Shown here: positions 28,117 to 39,796 of the stretch, piece after piece | Position numbering within the stretch: the stretch's first letter is position 1 | How the letters are laid out: the number at the start of each line of letters is the position of its first letter | The notes under the pieces: model-generated | What the model saw: the letters and a program-made list of their open reading frames with translations, nothing else | Told to the model about the DNA's origin: nothing | Database searches by the model: none | Assembly: GCA_963806855.1 (NCBI GenBank) | Contig: CAWDYW010000003.1 | Location: forward strand, 448,001 to 512,000 | Source: an uncultured Verrucomicrobiae bacterium | GTDB taxonomy: Bacteria > Chlamydiota > Chlamydiia > Chlamydiales > Rhabdochlamydiaceae | Direction of reading: 5' to 3' | DNA length: 64,000 nucleotides | Translations under genes and position numbers: made by a program

Positions 28117-28295
28117 GCCAGTTGCAAAACGAAGTGCATGGAAAAAACGATGATTTTGAGTCAGTTTGCCAGCCACGAAGTGGCCAAAGCCCTGCCCCCG
28201 AGCACATACTCAATGTGAGTAGGGCTCGGGGGCAGGGTGGCAAAATGGCTCAAAAGGGCGTTTTTGCCATGTGCTGGAGTTTTGCAACTGGCTCA
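28114..28295. repeat. Palindromic MITE-like element providing the stop codons of both flanking genes
   Basis: TGAGCCAGTTGCAAAAC...GTTTTGCAACTGGCTCA; central CCCTGCCCCCGAGC/GCTCGGGGGCAGGG. Confidence 0.8.
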
Positions 28296-29453
28296 GAAAA
28301 ACCAGCGGATCGCATTGTAGGGATAAGAGAAGAGTTGGGAGGCTGTTTTGCTTATCGCTGAGATCACGCCAGCGCTGCAGCATGATCGGCTCTCTTTGAT
28401 CTTGGCGTAGTGGAAGATGTACCCTCTTTTTAGGTATTCACGCGCTTCATGATCCTTTAGCTTTGTCACAACTGAATCGTTGGTTAGATACCATCCATCG
28501 GGCTTTTTGACTACAGCGACATAGTGACCGCTATTATCTTTACCCGAGTGAACAACGCATCCTTTCAACTCATAGGTAGTATCGTGGTCATTAAAACGGG
28601 TCGATTGAGACGAGAGTGTAATCGTTTCAGCTTGCTCGATGGAATAGTCCTTTTTCCCCTCTACACGGTTGACCTGAATCACCAGATGGTTAGGGGCAAC
28701 GTCCAGTTTTGTGGTTTTAGTATTAAATTTTCTATGCTCTGTTACCGGCACTGTGGCAAAGCGGCCGTTTACAAGCTCCTGAATTGTTGCGTAATTGCGG
28801 GTAATATCCAGTGGCATAATTGGTTCGGGGTCAAATTGCTCCCGTCCCTCTTTTTCTCCTTTAGGCGTAGTGAACTCTTCGTAGATGTTGGATCCAAATC
28901 GTGTCGTACTTAATAGGTTGCGGAGCCCCTCTGCTGCATCACACTGAGCTCGTCCGCTGCCGGGAAAGAGTACTTGGCGGGCAGCTCGGCTATCGACACC
29001 CGAGATTTTTTGACCATTCATTTGGGCATCATAATAGCTCCGAATGAAGGGGGCAAACTTTGACTTGGGGTCGTTTAAAAATAGATTCGCCAAATCAGGA
29101 TTATTCGCAATAAACCCTAGGATTGAAATGGTCGGACAGTCATTTCCAAGGTTTGGAGTCCCTACAGGCGCCATCTCCGCCATGACTTTGGGATCGACAG
29201 TCGCGCTCGAGTCTGCTTTCAGTGGCTGAACTTCGTAGATTCTGCTGAGTTTTGCTTTACGTTCGGCTTGTTTTGCATTAAGATTAGCAACTTGAGCTTT
29301 TCCAAAAATTGTCGCAGCGCTTTCAATTTCATCGCCAATCGCATGGAAATAGCCTTCAGCCTGATGATACAATTTGTATTCGATTGCATCATCAAAGCAT
29401 TGAGCTTTTGGAGATATATTATCTTGAATAAATCCATTAATATCTATAGTCAT
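28293..29453 (-). CDS. Second USP/UCH (C19)-like deubiquitinase
   Basis: GTPNLGNDC Cys box, QCDAAE, and YELKGCVVHSG..SGHYVA...WYLTNDS His box. Confidence 0.8.
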   Translation of the reverse strand: MTIDINGFIQDNISPKAQCFDDAIEYKLYHQAEGYFHAIGDEIESAATIFGKAQVANLNAKQAERKAKLSRIYEVQPLKADSSATVDPKVMAEMAPVGTPNLGNDCPTISILGFIANNPDLANLFLNDPKSKFAPFIRSYYDAQMNGQKISGVDSRAARQVLFPGSGRAQCDAAEGLRNLLSTTRFGSNIYEEFTTPKGEKEGREQFDPEPIMPLDITRNYATIQELVNGRFATVPVTEHRKFNTKTTKLDVAPNHLVIQVNRVEGKKDYSIEQAETITLSSQSTRFNDHDTTYELKGCVVHSGKDNSGHYVAVVKKPDGWYLTNDSVVTKLKDHEAREYLKRGYIFHYAKIKESRSCCSAGVISAISKTASQLFSYPYNAIRWFF

Positions 29454-29516
29454 AACTTAATTATATGCAAATTCGTTTTAATTGTAAATATAATATTAAA
29501 TTTTTCACTATTTTCT

Positions 29517-30887
29517 ATGTCCTTGGAACAGAAGGTCGGACAACTCTTTGTCGTCCCGATCTGCCCTACCCATGGGCAAGAGCACCTCGATCAAGTTTAT
29601 AAGCTCCTTAAAGACAAGCACATCGGGGGAGTAATTCTGATGGAAGGGCTGTCGGAAAAGCAGAGCGAAATTATCCAACATATTCAGGATGAGCAGGATA
29701 TCCCTCTTTTGACCTTCCAGGATGCTGAGTGGGGGGTGGGGATGCGGCTAAAAGATATCCCCGGACTCCCTAGAAACCTCACTCTGGGCGCCATCCAAGA
29801 TCTGGAGCTCCTCAGGGCCTTTGGGCGGGAGCTAGCTCGCCAATGCCGCCTATATGGGATCCAAGGCGATTTTGCCCCTGTTGTCGACGTCAATAGCAAC
29901 CCGAAAAATCCCGTTATCGGACAGCGTTCCTTTGGGGAAGATCCCTACGAGGTGGCGCGTCGCGGAGTGGCGGTAATGGAGGGGATGCGCGAAGGGGGGA
30001 TTTTGGCCTGCGCCAAGCACTTCCCAGGGCATGGCGATACGGCAGTCGATTCCCATCACGACCTGCCCACCATAGGCAAAATGGAACTTATCCCCTTTAA
30101 AACCTTAATCGATGGGGGCGTCGATATGGTGATGCTCGGCCATCTCTATTTCCCCGCTCTCAGCGATCTCCCAAGTTCGATGTCGAAGGAGATCATCACC
30201 GGACTGCTCCGTGAAAAACTGGGTTTCCAAGGGCTGATCATCACCGATGCGCTCAACATGCAGGCCTTGGCGAAGAATTTCCCACTCGACCAAATTTTCT
30301 TGAGACCCCTGTTAGGTGGCGCTGATCTGCTCCTTACTGCGACCAGTCACCCAGAAGTCTCGGCCTTTTTGATCCAAACAGCCATCCCGCAGGCCATTGA
30401 GTGGATTAAAGCCAATGTGCCCGAAGAGATCATCGACGAGCGGGTGGCGCGGATCTTAAAAGTGAAACAACGGGCAATTCCACCGATGCCTCCAGAAAAT
30501 CCCGAGCTGGGGCGGACTCTCTATCGTCATGCTGTCACCCTTGTGGGACCCAAACCCGATTTTGGTTCCGAGATTGCCTTGGTACAAAGCCGTCCCGACC
30601 CCGATTTTGAGCACTTTTTAGCGCTTGGGGCCAACGTGACGATCTTCACATTTGAAGAGATCGATTTGGCCGCAACCTACCCATACTTGATCATCAATAT
30701 CCGCAAAGGGGATCAGCCCGCCAGCCTCCCCGACCATGCCCTCGTCGCCCTCTTCGATACCCCTTATGCCCTTCACCATCAATGGGCCCTCGTTGGCTAT
30801 GAGGATGTCCTCGAAGCGAAGGAGGCGGTTGCAGATGCTCTCTTTGGCAAACTAACTCCTTTGGGAAAACTCCCTATTCATTTATAG
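29517..30887 (+). CDS. nagZ: GH3 beta-N-acetylhexosaminidase
   Basis: DAEWG, FAPVVD, RSFG, KHFPGHGDT..DSH and TDAL motifs. Confidence 0.88.
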   Translation: MSLEQKVGQLFVVPICPTHGQEHLDQVYKLLKDKHIGGVILMEGLSEKQSEIIQHIQDEQDIPLLTFQDAEWGVGMRLKDIPGLPRNLTLGAIQDLELLRAFGRELARQCRLYGIQGDFAPVVDVNSNPKNPVIGQRSFGEDPYEVARRGVAVMEGMREGGILACAKHFPGHGDTAVDSHHDLPTIGKMELIPFKTLIDGGVDMVMLGHLYFPALSDLPSSMSKEIITGLLREKLGFQGLIITDALNMQALAKNFPLDQIFLRPLLGGADLLLTATSHPEVSAFLIQTAIPQAIEWIKANVPEEIIDERVARILKVKQRAIPPMPPENPELGRTLYRHAVTLVGPKPDFGSEIALVQSRPDPDFEHFLALGANVTIFTFEEIDLAATYPYLIINIRKGDQPASLPDHALVALFDTPYALHHQWALVGYEDVLEAKEAVADALFGKLTPLGKLPIHL

Positions 30888-30896
30888 ATTTGAAAT

Positions 30897-31445
30897 ATGG
30901 ATGAAGAAGTGATGAACTACGACATTGTCTGGCGCGATAGCAGTTCAGGCGAGACGTTTGCCCCCTTCTTTTTGGATGGGTTTCGAGGAGAAATGCGTGC
31001 GGGGCAAACTTTGATCAATTTTGGCTGCGGCACGGCAAAAGCCACGAAAGCCTTCCTGGCCAAAGGGCTCAACGTCACCCTCGTCGATATCTCTCCCTAT
31101 GCTCTTGATGAAGAGATCCGGAACATGTTGATCCTCTTTTCTAATCAGGTTCATTTTATTCAGGCATGCCTCTGGCAGCTGCCCAAGGAGCTCAAGTCGG
31201 CCTATTGGATCTATTGCTGTGATGTGCTCGAGCATATTCCTGAAGATTGTCTCGACAGCGTCCTCGGTCAAATAAATGAGAGAATGCGCTTCGGGGGATA
31301 TATCAGTATCAGTCTGAAGGAAGATTTGGCCAAGAGGAACAAATCGTGGTGGGAAAAAAAGCTCGCCAAGTATTTTAGCCTCGCCGGTGAAGATCTTGTG
31401 GAAGGCGAGGCCTATTTCAACTGTAGAATTCTTAAAAAAGGGTGA
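30897..31445 (+). CDS. Class I SAM-dependent methyltransferase-like protein
   Basis: FGCGT, VDIS and DVLEHI motifs. Confidence 0.75.
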   Translation: MDEEVMNYDIVWRDSSSGETFAPFFLDGFRGEMRAGQTLINFGCGTAKATKAFLAKGLNVTLVDISPYALDEEIRNMLILFSNQVHFIQACLWQLPKELKSAYWIYCCDVLEHIPEDCLDSVLGQINERMRFGGYISISLKEDLAKRNKSWWEKKLAKYFSLAGEDLVEGEAYFNCRILKKG

Positions 31446-32385
31446 ATCCTTCCTGTTTATAAGAGCTGTAGCCTTCATCGAGCACTGTCGCTGTAGATGA
31501 AGCTGCGATTCCGCCTGCTGCCGCAGCTAAAATCGCCCGCGCATAAGGATTAAAACCTTTGGCGATTTGCAGTGTCGCATTCGCTACTGCCGATCCTGTT
31601 GCCATTGAAAAGAGAGAGATTAAATAGGGAACTTTCCGAATTTCAGCAAGTCCTCCAGCCGCACCGCCTGCTTGTGCAGAGGTGAAAACTTTTTTGCTCA
31701 AGGTCCCCATTTCTTTAGCTTTAATCGATCCTAACCCGAACATTGTGCCTAAAATCGCCCCTTTAGCGATGGCCATTTTCCCAGCCTTGTAAAGAATCGC
31801 AAGGGCTCCAATCGCTTGTGCCAAATTGGCGTCTCGAGTTTGACCTCTCAATGCAAAGACGATTGCGATTGCAGAGCAAATCATCGCTGTCGATTGTGCA
31901 TATTTAGAAACTTGTGTATCAGCTGCTTGTTCTCCGTTCATTAGCCGTCTAGGGATTCCGATGAAGGCGCCTGCTGCAAGGTATCCAGCTCCGAAAATGG
32001 CCAAAATATCGCGAGCAAGACCGGTTTTACCGCAGAGCAGTGCGCCGATAGATGTCGCAGTGAATGTGGCTAAGATGTGGGGGTTAAAGGCGTACTGCAG
32101 GCCAAGAGAAAAACCTTGCATCAATTTTTTTGAGAAGATGGAAATTTTTTGAAGTTTAGAGTTGTGGGAGTCATCAATTTGTGCGCCGCAGCCTACTGGG
32201 CAAGTATTATTAGAAACAAACCATCTGTCACCACATGAGCGGTGCCAACCGGCATGTTGTGATCCGGTATGGTTAACATATTCTTCAGTATCGGCTGTAA
32301 GGCAGGTCGAGCATTCATAATCACCGTTAACATTTGCAATTTGTTCTGGGGTTAATCTATATGGTGCAGTTAAACTTACGGACAT
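31432..32385 (-). CDS. RING-H2-like domain plus multi-TM protein
   Basis: CSTC...H..WHRSC..RW.....TCPVGC pattern followed by hydrophobic Gly/Ala-rich helices. Confidence 0.6.
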   Translation of the reverse strand: MSVSLTAPYRLTPEQIANVNGDYECSTCLTADTEEYVNHTGSQHAGWHRSCGDRWFVSNNTCPVGCGAQIDDSHNSKLQKISIFSKKLMQGFSLGLQYAFNPHILATFTATSIGALLCGKTGLARDILAIFGAGYLAAGAFIGIPRRLMNGEQAADTQVSKYAQSTAMICSAIAIVFALRGQTRDANLAQAIGALAILYKAGKMAIAKGAILGTMFGLGSIKAKEMGTLSKKVFTSAQAGGAAGGLAEIRKVPYLISLFSMATGSAVANATLQIAKGFNPYARAILAAAAGGIAASSTATVLDEGYSSYKQEGFTLF

Positions 32386-32511
32386 TATTACAACTCCTTT
32401 TTTATTAAAGTTTCATATTAAATATAATAAATAAAAAAAGATAATTTGTAAATTATTAAAATTAAAAATTGTAAATTGATTTTAATTAAATGCTTTTGTA
32501 TAATAATTTGT

Positions 32512-33129
32512 ATGAGTAATACGATTATAGCATCTCATTCATCTTCTTTAGAACGAGGAACCTGGATTTCATTTGGCCGTGAGCTAGGTGTGGCAACAAT
32601 CGAGGAAGTTTTACCTGGCTTAGCTTGCATGGCCTCATTAGCTCTGATTCCAGTTGCAGCTACCATTGCAGAAACCGCTGCATCCCTATTTTCCATAAAA
32701 AAAGCAGTTGAAGAATATAGAAAAAATAAGCCTTGGACTTTCCATCGACTAGCTATCTGCTTGTATCAGGTAAATGTCGGCATGCTAATTGGATATCAAA
32801 TACTTTCTGCTTCTCCTGAGGGATATCTAACGCTTGGCGCTATTGCAGTGGCAACTGGAACGGTCAAGCTTTATCTTGGATATCAACAGATCATGCAGGG
32901 ATTAAAGAACAATGAAAGATCTTTGGCTAGAGGTCTTGTTACAACCATCATCGGTTCCTTCAACTTAGCAAGCGGATTGAGCAGAATGTATTTTTCCTTA
33001 CCAAACTTAATTCAGAAAATGAGAAATGAGAGAACAAATTCAACCATGGGGATCAAAAATCTTTTCTGGGAGAGGGGAACGAATTACTTAAATCAACTAT
33101 TTGGGGAGATCAGGTTGATGAGAATCTAG
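32512..33129 (+). CDS. Hypothetical membrane protein
   Basis: AT-rich ORF with several hydrophobic segments. Confidence 0.55.
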   Translation: MSNTIIASHSSSLERGTWISFGRELGVATIEEVLPGLACMASLALIPVAATIAETAASLFSIKKAVEEYRKNKPWTFHRLAICLYQVNVGMLIGYQILSASPEGYLTLGAIAVATGTVKLYLGYQQIMQGLKNNERSLARGLVTTIIGSFNLASGLSRMYFSLPNLIQKMRNERTNSTMGIKNLFWERGTNYLNQLFGEIRLMRI

Positions 33130-33140
33130 CAAAATCAACT

Positions 33141-33914
33141 TTGGCTGTCATTCAAGCAACCCGCGCACCTGGTGTGCATTTTTCTGAGCAAGGAATGCTG
33201 CCTTGGAAACCTGGTGGAACCTGTTCAGCTCGAACCCTCGATTTTCTTGCAAGACATCTAAAAGAATGTTCTATCGACGCTTCTTACGCCCAACAGGCAA
33301 ACTGTATTGCTAGCTTCGGAAAATATTATGAGGGAGATGGGTTAATTTTCCAATCGAGACAAGCCGCGTTTGATATGATTTCAGTCGATAAAAGCTCTAG
33401 TGATCCAGAGGCTCTCAAAACTGCAAAGATGGCTTCACTTGCTGCATTTCATCATCTAAAATTGGACCCTATGACTGAAACATCGATTCAAATTGAAGAA
33501 AATCAGTCTGCCAACATTTGTTTTGAGGAAGGCGAAATTGAGAAAATATATGAGCGCTCATATCAACTCACTGATAAACAAGAGTTGTCAATATATGCCT
33601 GTAAACCTAAAGGCCCCAATAGTCTTAAATCAAGCGAGATGAATTTAATTGATACAGTACGGAAAATTCCTTTTGGTCGTTATTTAATTCGAGGAATTAT
33701 CCCAGAAGATAATCATAAGCAAGAGCATCATGGACACAGCATAGCATTGATCAAAAGTAAAGAAGGAAGCTTTCTTTTTGATCCGATCGATGGAGCATGG
33801 TCAATTATTCGTGAAATTGGGCGTCATATGGTAGATTCTATGAGGAGCCATTCGATGTGGTATAATGAGTTTCGAATCTATCAAGTTTCTTGCAAAGAGG
33901 GTGGTAAGGGGTAA
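33141..33914 (+). CDS. Putative papain-fold (YopT/C58-like) cysteine protease
   Basis: GGTCSA, GHSIAL and FLFDP give a Cys-His-Asp arrangement; start codon uncertain. Confidence 0.5.
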   Translation: MAVIQATRAPGVHFSEQGMLPWKPGGTCSARTLDFLARHLKECSIDASYAQQANCIASFGKYYEGDGLIFQSRQAAFDMISVDKSSSDPEALKTAKMASLAAFHHLKLDPMTETSIQIEENQSANICFEEGEIEKIYERSYQLTDKQELSIYACKPKGPNSLKSSEMNLIDTVRKIPFGRYLIRGIIPEDNHKQEHHGHSIALIKSKEGSFLFDPIDGAWSIIREIGRHMVDSMRSHSMWYNEFRIYQVSCKEGGKG

Positions 33915-34061
33915 GAAAGAAAGGTCTTTAAAAAAAGGTAAATCCTTTGAGCACAGGGTGGATTTCCTATTGGTCTTCCTTTTATTATATAATAAAAAAA
34001 TTATAACAGGATATTTGGATGGTCATGATAGAAAAAATATCCTGACCATCCTAATATCCTG

Positions 34062-34090
34062 AAAAAAGGCCAGCAATTGCCGGCCTTTTT
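34062..34090. terminator. Intrinsic terminator after dnaK
   Basis: AAAAAAGGCC-agcaattgcc-GGCCTTTTT. Confidence 0.75.
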
Positions 34091-34093
34091 GTC

Positions 34094-36013
<1,920 letters not shown>

Positions 36014-36017
36014 AGTT

Positions 36018-36521
36018 TTACTCCTTGTTTTCTTCTTTAGATGGTTTTCTTGCGACTTTGACGCGAGCGGCTCGGATGATTCGGTCGCCGCTCTTATACC
36101 CTTTGAGGAATTCCTTGAGGATTGTCCCTTCAGGGTGGTCTTCTGTTTCTTCTACTTCAACTGCTTCGTGATGATGAGGATTGAACATCTCTCCAACAGA
36201 GTGGAAAGAGACGATATTGTGATTGCTCAAGATCTCCTTAAATTGGGAGAGGATCATGCCAAATCCTTTCGACCAATTGCGAGTCTCCTCACTCATTTGC
36301 TCAGTAAATCCCAATGCACTTTCAAAAGTGTCGATCGGGGTTAGAACCTCACTGATGACATTCTCGATGGCAAACCGGGTCATCTCATGTTTTTCCTTTT
36401 GAAGACGCTTGCGCGAATTCTCCATTTCGGCGAGCAGGCGGAAGTACTTGTCTTTAAAGTCCTCTTCTTCCACCGGTGGCGGCGCAGCTATATCTTCTAT
36501 TTTTTCTTCATTTTCACTCAT
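36018..36521 (-). CDS. grpE: Nucleotide exchange factor GrpE
   Basis: [19 protein letters not shown] and [13 protein letters not shown] motifs. Confidence 0.95.
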   Translation of the reverse strand: MSENEEKIEDIAAPPPVEEEDFKDKYFRLLAEMENSRKRLQKEKHEMTRFAIENVISEVLTPIDTFESALGFTEQMSEETRNWSKGFGMILSQFKEILSNHNIVSFHSVGEMFNPHHHEAVEVEETEDHPEGTILKEFLKGYKSGDRIIRAARVKVARKPSKEENKE

Positions 36522-37644
36522 TATTTCTTCCTATTAGTGGAACTTGATTTTTTAACTCAATTTGCGAGGCCTTTGGCTGGCGGAAACTGATCTTAAATTT
36601 GTATAGGGAGCTCGTCAGCGTTTCGCTCAGGGCCTCTGCAGCAGTCTCCATGATTCCAAAGAGGCGCCGGTAGGGGAGTCGATTAGGACCCAGCAACGCA
36701 ATCGCACCTGCAAGCGTCTGGTGGATCCGGTAAGGGATCACAATGATCGAGCAGCCAGCAAGTTCGGTCGAGAGCATCTTGAAATCATCGCCCAAAAAGC
36801 AACACAGCTGCTGCTCTTCACAGCTTTTCTTCAGCAGCGTCCGCAGATCGACCTCGTTTTCAAAAAGCGACAAGCTGCTCGCAAGTGAAGTGGCATTGTT
36901 GAAATCTGGATAGCTAAGAAGCTTGGAAAACCCCGTCTTATAAATGTCTTCCGCGCTGAAATTTGAATAGGTGACAATGTGGCGAAGCATGATCTCTTTG
37001 TAGAAGAAATCGGCGAGCTTCTCCTCTTCAGGGTTGAGTTTGGGCTTTTCTATCCCTGAGATGCGCCACTGCAGATATTGGGCGATCCGATTTAAGTTGG
37101 CGTGCGATAGTCCCTTCTCGAGGTATAAAATTTCCGTATGGACCATCCCAAAGTCGGTGATCAACACACACAGGCATCGATTCGGATCGATCTCCACCAA
37201 TTTGATATCCAAAACAAAATCTTGATCGAAGCGAGGGGACGAGAGGAAGACCGCGCACTGAGTGCTCTCTGCCAAAACCTCAGCTGCTCTCTGCAAATAG
37301 CTGGCCACTTCGCGGGTCGATTTCGAGAGCTTGTCGCGAATCGCAGATGCCTCTTTCTCCTTCAGATCAGGCTTATGCAAGTTAGTCTGGACATAAAACT
37401 TAAATGCCTCCTCCGTCGGAATCCGTCCTCCCGAAGAGTGCTGCTGCTTCAGATAGCCCCCTTTTTCCAAGGTGGAGAAGTAATTGCGGATCGTCGCCGA
37501 AGAGAGATGCTGGAAGCCAAATTCGCGTAGAGTCGAAGAGCCAACCGGGGCGCCAGTTTCGAGATAGAGCTCGACCAGGCCGAGGAGGACCTGCTTTTCC
37601 CGCTCATCTTTGGGTGGTCTTTTAAGAGTCATCGCTTTCAACAT
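36514..37644 (-). CDS. hrcA: Heat-inducible transcription repressor
   Basis: PVGS, SSATIRN and HSSGGRIPT motifs. Confidence 0.95.
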   Translation of the reverse strand: MLKAMTLKRPPKDEREKQVLLGLVELYLETGAPVGSSTLREFGFQHLSSATIRNYFSTLEKGGYLKQQHSSGGRIPTEEAFKFYVQTNLHKPDLKEKEASAIRDKLSKSTREVASYLQRAAEVLAESTQCAVFLSSPRFDQDFVLDIKLVEIDPNRCLCVLITDFGMVHTEILYLEKGLSHANLNRIAQYLQWRISGIEKPKLNPEEEKLADFFYKEIMLRHIVTYSNFSAEDIYKTGFSKLLSYPDFNNATSLASSLSLFENEVDLRTLLKKSCEEQQLCCFLGDDFKMLSTELAGCSIIVIPYRIHQTLAGAIALLGPNRLPYRRLFGIMETAAEALSETLTSSLYKFKISFRQPKASQIELKNQVPLIGRNNE

Positions 37645-37686
37645 GTCCTTAATTATACCAAAAAGGAGGGCGGGAGTAAAGAAAAA

Positions 37687-37713
37687 TTAGCAGTCAGTAA
37701 GTCAGATTGCTGA
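37687..37713. promoter_or_regulatory. CIRCE operator upstream of hrcA-grpE-dnaK promoter
   Basis: TTAGCAGTC-N9-GATTGCTGA versus consensus TTAGCACTC-N9-GAGTGCTAA; adjacent minus-strand TTTACT-18 nt-TATAAT. Confidence 0.8.
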
Positions 37714-37735
37714 TGTTTTTCTTAAGTAACTGAAT

Positions 37736-37802
37736 TTCAACGCAAAGACACCAAGGCGCAAAGACGCAATAAAAAAATTATTTTGTTTTTCTTTGCGTCT
37801 TT
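37736..37802. repeat. REP-like palindrome copy (CGCAAAGACGC family)
   Basis: TTCAACGCAAAGACACCAAGGCGCAAAGACGCAA...TTGCGTCTTT. Confidence 0.75.
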
Positions 37803-37822
37803 ACCTCGGTTGTGTTTCCTGA

Positions 37823-37870
37823 AATTTACTGTGCAATGCTATGCAATGAAAATATTGCACAGTTGATTTA
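37823..37870. repeat. 48-bp direct repeat, copy 1 (internally palindromic)
   Basis: Matches 39266-39313 with one mismatch. Confidence 0.85.
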
Positions 37871-37890
37871 AGAATATCATAATAAGAAAG

Positions 37891-39243
37891 TTAAACATCA
37901 GATTTTTCAACCATAACGTAAGTCGCCATCGGATCGTTTTCTGATGTCCCAATGCGGATAACAAGAGCCTTTTCTTGAAGTTGTTTAAGTCGAAGTCGAG
38001 TAGTGCGGGCAGATACTCTCCACAGTCTCATCGCCTGTTTCGCGGTTACTTCCTTCTCTTTTTTGAGATAGTCCAGTAATTTTTGGCCCCATGGGGGTAT
38101 GACCATTTCTTCCAACTGCGCTGAGTAGAGAGTTAATCTGAATTGTGTATTGAACTCCTCTATAAGAGGTGGTTTTAGTCCCTGCGCTTTACAAGTTTCT
38201 TGTATGCGGCGAAGCCCTGATCCCCATTGTTCTATAAGATGCAATTCTCTAAAGACTCGAGCAAGGACACGATTTCTAATCTTGGAAGATCCAGCGAGCG
38301 CTTTTTCAATTGTCTGTCCAAATGGGAGGCCCCCAGGATTAGTAATTTCAATCCGGTCATTAAAAATCGCAATTTGGATATGGCATCCGATCATCGAATA
38401 GTCAGTATGAATCAAAGCGTTCAAGACAGCTTCTCGGAGGGCAATGGGAGGGTATTGTAAAATGTCTTCGCGGTAAATCCTGCCAATCCGGGCTTTTTTT
38501 GATATATTGCGCTCAATAAACGCAAGGATGCTATCTGTGGCAAAGGGCAAAGGAACTTCTATGTCTGCTTGATCTAAAATTTTTTCCCTATTTAATCCGG
38601 CAAAACGTGCGCATCGAATCTCTGCATCGGGAAAAAGTTTTTTTTTATTGCTGCCAAATAGAAGTACCCCTCCATTACTGGGATATTTTTTCCCAGCTCG
38701 AAACGTCTCCACTCCTAAATTTTCAAGGCATTGAGCAGTTGTACGTTTCCCAGCTTTTTCAAAAACCTCTTTCATGGTCTCTAAATCTAGGTGCCCATGA
38801 GGATGTGGAAGCTCATCAAATGAAACCCTTTTTGCCAAAAGGCGTAATGAATCGAGCATCTCAGCATCCACCACTCGATTCGTTGACCCAAATCGGACAT
38901 AAACCCCTCGTTCAGGTCCTTCTGATTTTAAATAATACGGTCCTACGCTATGGGGAACTCGGACAATCAACAGTTCTTTATTGCGAATCGATTGAATTTC
39001 TAAGTCCGGTGTCAGAAGAGGATGGATGCTATCGCTGATTGCATTGGCGATCCGTTCCTCCTCCAATAGACTCTCGGGTACACCAATCACATTTTTGCCT
39101 TTATCTTGTACCCCTATAACAATTGTCCCGCCTGCAGTATTGGCAAAAGCGACGACTGTTTTCAAAATACCATTTAAAGCTCTGGTGTTTTCTTTGAATT
39201 CGACTGTTTTGCCTTCATTTTCGGCTAGAAGTTGAGAGATCAT
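37891..39243 (-). CDS. AlbA_2 (Schlafen-like) plus HATPase_c_4 plus wHTH protein
   Basis: EGKTVEFKE, AFANTAGG.IVIGV, REAVLNALIH, NPGG, IRN and EQWGSG motifs. Confidence 0.85.
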   Translation of the reverse strand: MISQLLAENEGKTVEFKENTRALNGILKTVVAFANTAGGTIVIGVQDKGKNVIGVPESLLEEERIANAISDSIHPLLTPDLEIQSIRNKELLIVRVPHSVGPYYLKSEGPERGVYVRFGSTNRVVDAEMLDSLRLLAKRVSFDELPHPHGHLDLETMKEVFEKAGKRTTAQCLENLGVETFRAGKKYPSNGGVLLFGSNKKKLFPDAEIRCARFAGLNREKILDQADIEVPLPFATDSILAFIERNISKKARIGRIYREDILQYPPIALREAVLNALIHTDYSMIGCHIQIAIFNDRIEITNPGGLPFGQTIEKALAGSSKIRNRVLARVFRELHLIEQWGSGLRRIQETCKAQGLKPPLIEEFNTQFRLTLYSAQLEEMVIPPWGQKLLDYLKKEKEVTAKQAMRLWRVSARTTRLRLKQLQEKALVIRIGTSENDPMATYVMVEKSDV

Positions 39244-39265
39244 ATTTTGATGATAACAGCTGTGC

Positions 39266-39313
39266 AATTTACTGTGCAATACTATGCAATGAAAATATTG
39301 CACAGTTGATTTA
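39266..39313. repeat. 48-bp direct repeat, copy 2 (upstream region of the AlbA_2 gene)
   Basis: AATTTACTGTGCAATACTATGCAATGAAAATATTGCACAGTTGATTTA. Confidence 0.85.
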
Positions 39314-39434
39314 TCTAACTCATATTCAGCTGTTTGCGAAATTTTCCGACAATTCAGATTTGCTTTTCGTAAAATGTATTGCGGTTTACCATTGTTCATG
39401 AAAAAATTGAGCCATACGAAACTTTAGGAACAGT

Positions 39435-39734
39435 ATGAAACGCAGAACAGAGATTAAGTTTTTTTTATTTACGGCCAGTCTAATTTTAAGCGGTGTATTG
39501 AATGCACGCGAGGGGCATGAAGAAAGTCCACATTATGAATGGATTGATGGGCAAGATGTAGCAGTATGCGAGGATGGTATTTACATTGGTACAGTCAAAG
39601 GAATGATGCAATTGAACGTGGTCGACTACGATAGGATTAATGATCGGTATCAAGTGCGATGTTCTTGTTTGGAAAAACCATGGCTTGACCCATACGAGAA
39701 TTTAGGCATCCCGCCTGAGAAATCACTTAAATAG
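39435..39734 (+). CDS. Small exported hypothetical protein
   Basis: RBS AGGA; signal-peptide-like N-terminus. Confidence 0.6.
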   Translation: MKRRTEIKFFLFTASLILSGVLNAREGHEESPHYEWIDGQDVAVCEDGIYIGTVKGMMQLNVVDYDRINDRYQVRCSCLEKPWLDPYENLGIPPEKSLK

Positions 39735-39735
39735 A

Positions 39736-39790
39736 AGCGCAAAAATTGTTTTTTTTGCGTCATGGCGCCCTTTGCGTCTTTGCGTTGAAA
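39736..39790. repeat. Degenerate REP-like palindrome copy
   Basis: TTTGCGTCTTTGCGTTGAAA arm shared with 24973-25055. Confidence 0.65.
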
Positions 39791-39796
39791 AAAGCC

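Noticed and set aside
34008..34061. CAGGATAT...ATATCCTG hairpin
   Set aside because: Single copy in the window; cannot distinguish a repeat from a terminator
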